Origin: an uncultured Planctomycetota bacterium
GTDB lineage: Bacteria > Planctomycetota > Planctomycetia > Gemmatales > Gemmataceae
DNA length: 64,000 nucleotides
Direction of reading: 5' to 3'
NCBI GenBank assembly: GCA_963849325.1
Contig: CAWKHF010000001.1
Location: forward strand, 192,001-256,000
Of this stretch, positions 57,422 through 64,000 are shown in pieces (position 1 is the first letter of the stretch; every line of letters begins with the position of its first letter). The notes under the pieces are model-generated. The model did not search any database, was not told the origin of the DNA, and saw only the letters and a program-made list of their open reading frames with translations. A program made the translations under genes and the position numbers.

Positions 57422-58183
57422 TCATGCCATCCCCAGCAAGGCATCGACGACCCAGCAGCCGCGCACGTGCTCTCTTGGCGCCCGGCAGTGGTCGAGGATG
57501 TCCGTGTCGGTGCAGCCCGCTTCCTCCAGCGCGTCGGCGAGGATGGGCAAGTCGCGGAAGCGGCGCTCTTTGTAGAGAACGCGGGCCGTGCGAGCGACAG
57601 TACCCTCGTTCCAGGCGAGCCAGGCCGGATCGAGGACCAGAGGGCGGAAGGGATTGCCGAAGACCTCACGGAGCAACTCGACCGCATCGAGCGCTTCCAG
57701 GGGGCGGATGGGTGCGGGTTCGGCAAGGGTCGCCGGGACGCCGGAGCGTTCCTCGCGTTCCGCCTCGGCGGCACGGGCGAGGGCGCGTGCCTGGCGCATG
57801 GCGCTGATGACGTCGGACGGTTCGCGGATGTCGCGCGGTCGTTCCAGGATCGGCCCGTTCCTCGCCACCAGGGCCTCGACGGCCACCGCCGCCGCCTGGG
57901 CCGCCCCCTCAAGTTGGCCGCGCAGCGAACGCACCATCTGGCGAACTTTCTTCAACTGTCGCGCATCCATCGGCTTGTCGGCGGAGTATTCGACCAACTC
58001 GACCGCCTGCCGCAGCCGTTGGTCGGTCAACAGCGGCCAGACGCGGCGAACGCAGGCGCAGGCGAACAGGCATTTTTTCCGAGCGCTGGCTCGCTCGCCG
58101 AGATAGGCCAGCATGAGTTCGGGACAAATGCACTCCCGCCAGTCCGCCTCGCTCATGCGCCGTGTTCCGGTCATCGCCGCCAC
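57422..58183 (-). CDS. Hypothetical protein of a Gemmataceae-expanded family
   Basis: 'LFACAC.RR.W', 'LLREVFGNPF', 'PILADALEEAGC', 'HVRGCWVVD'. Confidence 0.75.
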   Translation of the reverse strand: MAAMTGTRRMSEADWRECICPELMLAYLGERASARKKCLFACACVRRVWPLLTDQRLRQAVELVEYSADKPMDARQLKKVRQMVRSLRGQLEGAAQAAAVAVEALVARNGPILERPRDIREPSDVISAMRQARALARAAEAEREERSGVPATLAEPAPIRPLEALDAVELLREVFGNPFRPLVLDPAWLAWNEGTVARTARVLYKERRFRDLPILADALEEAGCTDTDILDHCRAPREHVRGCWVVDALLGMA

Positions 58184-58329
58184 CTCCCGCGCTCCCGACT
58201 CCGGCTCATTTTATCAGGTCCGCCGGCGGCGTCGGCGATCGCCATTGCCGCGGACGGGGGAATCGTTATAGAGGGAGGCGCCGGCGACGCGCCGGCGTGC
58301 AGGGTCTAACGCAATGGAGGGAGCCAGGC

Positions 58330-59960
58330 ATGTCCGCTCGCTGTCGGATCGTCGCTCTAATCTCGGCCGTGCTGCTGTCCGCGGGAGCCGGACGGGCCGA
58401 GGACGCCAAGCTGGAACAAAAGGTATATTCGGTGGCCGACCTCGTCGTCCCCGTGGGCGACGCGGACCAAGGAGAGAAGTCCGCCGCCGCGACGGGCTGG
58501 GCCGCGGCGAGGATGAAACCATCGAAGACGGCATCCGCGGAAGTTCGTCTCAAGAAAGCCCCGCCGGGGGTGACGCACGAAGATCGCCTCATCAAGATCA
58601 TCACCGACACCATCGCGCCGTCGAGTTGGAGTGAGCGCGGCGGGTCGGCAACCATCGAATATTTTCCCCTAGGTATGAGCCTGGTCATCTACCAGACGCC
58701 GGACGTACAGGATCAGATCGCCGACCTGCTGGCCGCTCTGCGCCGCTTGCAGGATATTGAGGTGGCCGTTGAGGTGAAGTTCGTCGATGTGGCGACGGAC
58801 GTATTTCAAGCGTTACAGCGGAAAGGCATCCTCGGCGACCCGGACAAGAACACGCACCACTCCGGAGGCGTCGCCTGTCTCAACGACGCTCAGATACTTC
58901 GCTTCATGGATGCGATCCAGGAGGACGTCCGCACCAATGTGATGCAGGCGCCAGGATGACGATGTTCAACGGCCAGACGGTCGGCTTCAGTCCCCTGGAT
59001 GAGCAGAAAATTGTCACGGGTTTGGAAATCGTTGCCGTGGACGGTCACATCGAGTATCGACCGAAGACCGAAACCATTCCCCTTGGAGTGCGGCTCGGTC
59101 TGCAATCGGTCGTTTCGGAGGATCGCCGCTCCGTCCGCGTTCACCTGAACGCGAAACTGACCAACCTGGACGACTCCGAGGTGCCGGTGTTCCCGATCAC
59201 GACCCCCGCCCCGGATGAGGAGAAAGGCCCGGACGGTAAGCCGCGAACCGTTACGCACTACATCCAGCAGCCGCGCGTCCTCACGATGGACGTAAACCGA
59301 ACGCTGGTCATCCCGGATGGAAACACCGCCGTGTTGACCGGGTTGGTGAGACAAGAGGTGGGCAGGAACGAGTATGGTCCTCCCATCCTGAGCGACCTCC
59401 CCTATGTCGGCCGACTCTTCCGCAATGTGGGGTACCATTGCGAGCTGCATCACCTTCTGGTCCTGGTGACGCCGCGCATCCTCGTCAATCCGGAACAGGA
59501 AAATAAATCTATAAAAAAGATCTCAAAAATTGTAACAGATGCGACTCATGAAGAGGCGGAAGTCAAGGGCGGTTCGGTGAAGAGCGCCCCCTTGCCCATC
59601 ATTCCTCCGAGCCGATCCGACGAAACGTCGCCGGGCGCGGAACCGCCCGACGAGGCGGCGATCTTGCGGGCCATGCCGCCCGTCGAAAATGACTATCCCG
59701 GCTTCGTCACCATCCACCGCGACAACATGCAGATCGTGACGGAATGTCTCGTGGACCGGATCGATCCACCGCGCTTCTACCCGCTGGTTGGGCCGGCCCG
59801 GCTGCGCCACTGTCACTGGAAATGCACGGTTTACTACACCGAGATCGTCGAGGGCGTCGATCCTTCCATCGCCGTTCGATCGACCACGCCCCGAGTTGAC
59901 GTGATCTACGTCGATACGGATCGCCTGCATTTATGCGGCGAGGAGGAGGGCGCGAAATAA
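58330..59960 (+). CDS. Secretin-like (type II/III secretion) protein with extra C-terminal domain (frameshift near 58955)
   Basis: 'VYSVADLV', 'IAPSSW', 'LRRLQDIEVAVEVKF', 'QAP.MTMFNGQ', 'PILSDLPYVGRLFRN', 'LVTPRI'. Confidence 0.78.
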
Positions 59961-59966
59961 CGATTT

Positions 59967-60035
59967 TCGTTTCGCCGCGACGCGCAGCGGAGCGCGGGAC
60001 TCTCCCGCGCTCCGCTGCGCGTCGCGGCGAAACGA
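59967..60035. repeat. REP-like palindrome, family A, between convergent genes
   Basis: Same arms as 44886..44937. Confidence 0.88.
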
Positions 60036-60048
60036 GGATGCGGCCTCC

Positions 60049-61195
60049 TCACTTCGTCGAGAACTTGTACACCGTCGTCTGCCGATACGTCTCGCCGGGC
60101 TTGAGGATCATCGACGGGAAATTGGTGTGGTTGACCGAGTTCAGGGAAGTGCTGGGCTTCCAGACAGAACCCCCAATGCTTCTTGTACACGACGCCGCCC
60201 TTGCCGGTCTGCTTGCCGTCGAGGAAATTGCCGGTGTAGAACTGCACGCCCGGCTCAGTCGTGTACATCTGCAGGATTCGACCGCTCTTCGGCTCATACA
60301 CGGTCGCCGCTAGGGCCAGTTTCTTCCCGCCGCTGTTGAGCACATAATTGTGATCGTAGCCGCGCGGCTCGTTCTTCAACTGGTCGATGCGTGCGCCGAT
60401 CTTCTTCGGTTTGGTGAAGTCCAACGGCGTGTCCTGGACCGGCTTGATTTCGCCGGTCGGGATGAGCGTGCCGTCCACCGGCGTGTACTTGTCGGCGTCC
60501 AGTTTCAATTCGTGGTCGAGAATATCGCCGGATTTCGCACCGGCCAGGTTGAAATAACTGTGGTTGGTCAGGTTCACCGGCGTCGCCTTGTCCGTTTTGG
60601 CCGTGTAGTCGAGGCGCAGGGCGTTTTCGTCCGTCAAGGTGTACGTGACCGTGGCGGTAAGGTTGCCGGGGTAGCCCTCCTCGCCATCCTTGCTGACGTA
60701 GGTGAAGACCACGCTCGATTCCTCCGGCCGCGCCTTCCAGACGACCTTGTCAAATCCTTTAAGTCCACCATGCAGGGCGTTCGGCCCGTTGTTGACGGCC
60801 AGCTTATATTCCTTGCCGTCGAGCGTGAACCGGCCCCTGGCGATGCGATTGGCCACCCGACCGACGGTCGCGCCGAAGAACGGATGACCGGCGAGATAGT
60901 CTTTCAGGTTGTCGAAGCCGAGAACGACGTCGCCCCTTTTGCCGTCGCGGTCGGGCACATCCAGCTCGGTGAGAATGGCGCCATAGGTCATGACCTTGGC
61001 CGTCATGCCGGCGCGGTTGGTCAGGGTGTACAGGTCCACCTCGGTCCCTTCGGGCGTCTTGCCGAATGCTTCTTTTTTCACGCTTACCTTCTCCTTTTTG
61101 TCGCTCTTGTTCTTCGCCTCGTCCGCGCCGGCGGCGGCAGCCAGTCCCCCGAGCAGGAGGGTCGCCACGCCCAGATACACGGAAGCCTGTCGCAT
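60049..61195 (-). CDS. galM: Aldose 1-epimerase with signal peptide (frameshift near 3' end)
   Basis: 'GRVANRI', 'LHGG', 'NLTNHSYFNL', 'GYDHN', 'QFYTGN', 'CLEAQHFP'. Confidence 0.92.
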
Positions 61196-61392
61196 GGATC
61201 GCTCCTTGTGGTCGCACCTGGTGGAGTGCCTCGTCCTCATTTCTTCGACGACACGAGATAGTGTACGGCAGGCTCGCCCGGTCTGGTAGCAGCGGCCCAT
61301 GCCCTCGCCGCTGTCCGGATTGATTTTGCCTCCTCCTTTTGCCACGATGCCGATGATGCCTCCTCCTTTTCGGTCCCGTCAGGAGCCGTGCC

Positions 61393-62817
61393 ATGAACGA
61401 GCAGCCTTACTGCGATTACCGCATGACCGTCCGCATCGAGATTCCGAACCAGCCCGGCCAGTTCGCGCGGCTGGCGACGCTGCTGGCGGAGGAGGGCGCC
61501 AACCTCGGCGCCATCGACATTGTGGAGGTTGGCCGCACCAAGATGGTCCGCGACATCACCTTCGACGCCCGCAGCGAGTCGCACGCCGAGCACGTCCTCC
61601 AGCGTCTGCGTTCGCTGCCCGGCGTGCGCGTGCGTTCGGCCTCCGACCGCGTTTTTTTGCTGCACCTGGGCGGCAAAATCACCACGCGGGCCAAGGTCGC
61701 GGTCAAGACGCGCAACACGCTGTCGATGGTGTACACGCCGGGCGTGGCCCGTGTCTGCCGGGCCATCGCCGAGGACAAGGACAAGGCGTTCGCCTTCACT
61801 TGCCGGGCCAACAGCGTGGCCGTGGTCAGCGACGGCACGGCCATCCTCGGCCTGGGCGACCTCGGGCCGGAGGCGGCCCTGCCGGTCATGGAGGGCAAAA
61901 TCATGCTCTTCAAGGAATTCGCCGACATCGACGGCTGGCCGCTGTGCCTGGCGACCAAGGACGTGGACGAAATCGTCCGCGTCGTCAAGGCCGTGGCCCC
62001 GTCCTTCGGCGGCATCAACCTCGAAGACATCAGCGCTCCACGCTGTTTCGACATTGAAGATCGTCTAAAGTCTGAACTGGACATTCCCGTCATGCACGAC
62101 GATCAGCACGGCACGGCCGTCGTTCTGCTGGCGGCGCTGCTCAACGCCCTCAAGGTGGTGGGCAAGGCCCCAGGCGCGATCAAGGTGGTGGTCAACGGCA
62201 TGGGCGCGGCGGGGACGGCGTGCTGTCGTATCCTGCTGGCCGCCGGCGTTCGTCGGCTGATCGGCTGCGATCGCAACGGCGCCGTGCTGGACGTGACCGC
62301 GGAGAACGTCGGCGCCGCCCATAAGGACCTGCGCGGCGTCATCCGCTTTGACGCCCCCTTCTCGGTATTGCGCGAGGCGCTGCGCGACGCCGACGTCTTC
62401 ATCGGCCTGTCGCGCGGCAACGTCCTGACCGCCGACGACCTGCAAGTGATGGCCGCCGACCGCATCGTCTTCGCCATGGCCAATCCCGACCCGGAGATCG
62501 CCCCGGACCAGGCGTTGCCGCACTGCCGCATCCTGGCCACCGGCCGCTCCGATTATCCCAACCAGGTCAACAACCTGCTCGCCTTCCCCGGCATCTTCCG
62601 CGGCGCTCTCGACGTGCGGGCGCGGGAGATCAACGAGCCGATGAAGCTCGCCGCCGCCCACGCCATCGCCGACGCCATCCCGGAGGACCATCTGACCGAG
62701 GATTACATTGTGCCCAGCGTCTTCGAGAAGCGCGTGGTGCGGGCGGTGGCGCGAGCCGTGGCGAAAGCGGCCCACGACAGCGGCGTCGCCCGCCGCCGCG
62801 AACGCGAAGTGCAGTAA
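61393..62817 (+). CDS. Malic enzyme with N-terminal ACT domain
   Basis: 'VYTPGVA', 'DGTAILGLG', 'PVMEGK', 'NLEDI', 'HDDQHGTA', 'TGRSDYPNQVNN'. Confidence 0.92.
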   Translation: MNEQPYCDYRMTVRIEIPNQPGQFARLATLLAEEGANLGAIDIVEVGRTKMVRDITFDARSESHAEHVLQRLRSLPGVRVRSASDRVFLLHLGGKITTRAKVAVKTRNTLSMVYTPGVARVCRAIAEDKDKAFAFTCRANSVAVVSDGTAILGLGDLGPEAALPVMEGKIMLFKEFADIDGWPLCLATKDVDEIVRVVKAVAPSFGGINLEDISAPRCFDIEDRLKSELDIPVMHDDQHGTAVVLLAALLNALKVVGKAPGAIKVVVNGMGAAGTACCRILLAAGVRRLIGCDRNGAVLDVTAENVGAAHKDLRGVIRFDAPFSVLREALRDADVFIGLSRGNVLTADDLQVMAADRIVFAMANPDPEIAPDQALPHCRILATGRSDYPNQVNNLLAFPGIFRGALDVRAREINEPMKLAAAHAIADAIPEDHLTEDYIVPSVFEKRVVRAVARAVAKAAHDSGVARRREREVQ

Positions 62818-62822
62818 GAAGA

Positions 62823-62960
62823 ATTTCACCCCAGAGGACGCAGAGAACGCAGAGAAGACAAGTGAAAATAGAAAAAATAGAGAGTGAAAAGGGCATTGTT
62901 CTATTATGCATCTTTCTTATCTTTTTTTCTCTGCGTTCTCTGCGTCCTCTGCGGTGAAAT
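62823..62960. repeat. 9-bp-unit inverted-repeat element (AACGCAGAG-like) between convergent genes
   Basis: atttcaccccagaggacgcagagaacgcagagaa ... ttctctgcgttctctgcgtcctctgcggtgaaat. Confidence 0.85.
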
Positions 62961-62969
62961 CCTTCTGAT

Positions 62970-64000
62970 TTAGGAGAGGATCGGCTTGATGACCTCGCCG
63001 TGTACGTCGGTCAATCGCCGATCGCTGCCGTTGTGGCGGAAGGTCAGTTTGGTGTGATCGATGCCCAGCAGATGCAGAATGGTCGCGTGCAGATCGTAGC
63101 AGTACGTCGGCTCGATGGCGCGCCAGGACCACTCATCGCTCTGGCCGTGAGCGGTGCCGGCCTTGACGCCGGCGCCGGCCAACCACGTCACGAACGTGCC
63201 GCCGTTATGATCGCGGCCGGTCGATCCCTGGCTGAACGGCTGACGGCCGAACTCCGTGCTCCACACCACCAGCGTATCCTCGAACAGGCCGCGCGCCTTC
63301 AAATCGCGCAGCAGGCCGGCGATCGGCTTATCGACGCCGACGGCGATCTTCGGCAGCTCCGTGTTGATGTTGGCGTGGTTGTCCCAGTTGTTCGTCGGCC
63401 CGCCGGCCCCGCTCCACACCTGCACGAAGCGCACGCCGCGCTCGATCAGCCGCCGAGCGATCAGACAATTGCGGCCGAACGTCTCCGTGGTCTTGTCGTC
63501 CAGGCCGTACAGCCGGCGCGTCGCCGCCGTCTCCTTGTCGATATTCAGCACTTCCGGGCGCTGACCTGCATTTTCGCAGCCAACTCATACGAGGCGATGC
63601 GTGCGTCGAGGCGCGAATCGCCCTGCCAGCGGGCGGCGTGCTCGCGGTTCATCTGCTGGAGCAGGGCGAGTCCTTCCTTCTCGCTGGAAGGCGTGATGAA
63701 CTTCGCGCTCGGCGGTGGAAACAGGTCGGCGATGGGGTTGGGAGCGTTGGCCTTGATGATCGTGCCCTGGTGGATGACGGGCAGGAAACCGGACGAGAAG
63801 TTGCCGCGGTTGTTGTAGGGCAGGCCTGCGCGGGTCCGGTAGGACGACGAAGGTCGGCAGGTTGTCGTTGAGGCTGCCCAGACCATAGGACAGCCACGCT
63901 CCCAGGCACGGAAAACCCGGCAGCACGAAGCCGGTGTTCATCATGTAACTGGCCGGCCCGTGTACGTTGGTCTTGCTGGCCATCGCCATCAGAAAGGCCA
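62970..64000 (-). CDS. DUF1501 family protein (partial, frameshifted)
   Basis: '[13 protein letters not shown]', 'TEFGRQP', 'GRDHN', 'RRLTDVHG'. Confidence 0.88.

Overview
High-GC bacterial window, most likely a planctomycete (Gemmataceae-like). The evidence is DUF1501 and DUF1549/DUF1553 cytochrome genes, a MoxR-DUF58-BatA operon, the 'LADALEEAGC...HVRGCWVVD' family and many palindromic repeats. Many genes carry single-base frameshifts typical of an unpolished long-read assembly, so split ORFs are joined here. In order, the window holds: a MoxR/VWA operon; a radical SAM gene; a BamHI-like type II R-M system with a controller gene and matching operator palindromes; tdh, proB and an S41 protease; a CsrA-receiver fusion followed by a kaiA-like/kaiB/kaiC/hybrid-kinase operon; assorted planctomycete genes; a group 1h-type (high-affinity) [NiFe]-hydrogenase cluster with hypA-F; a type I R-M system beside tRNA-Ile(CAU); a secretin-like gene, galM and a malic enzyme. 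The standout is an apparently complete three-component Kai oscillator, with a stand-alone KaiA3-like domain, in a lineage not known for phototrophy, next to an unusual CsrA-His helix-REC protein. Three different palindromic elements are also inserted inside protein-coding genes. All family assignments are from motif recognition by eye; no searches were run.
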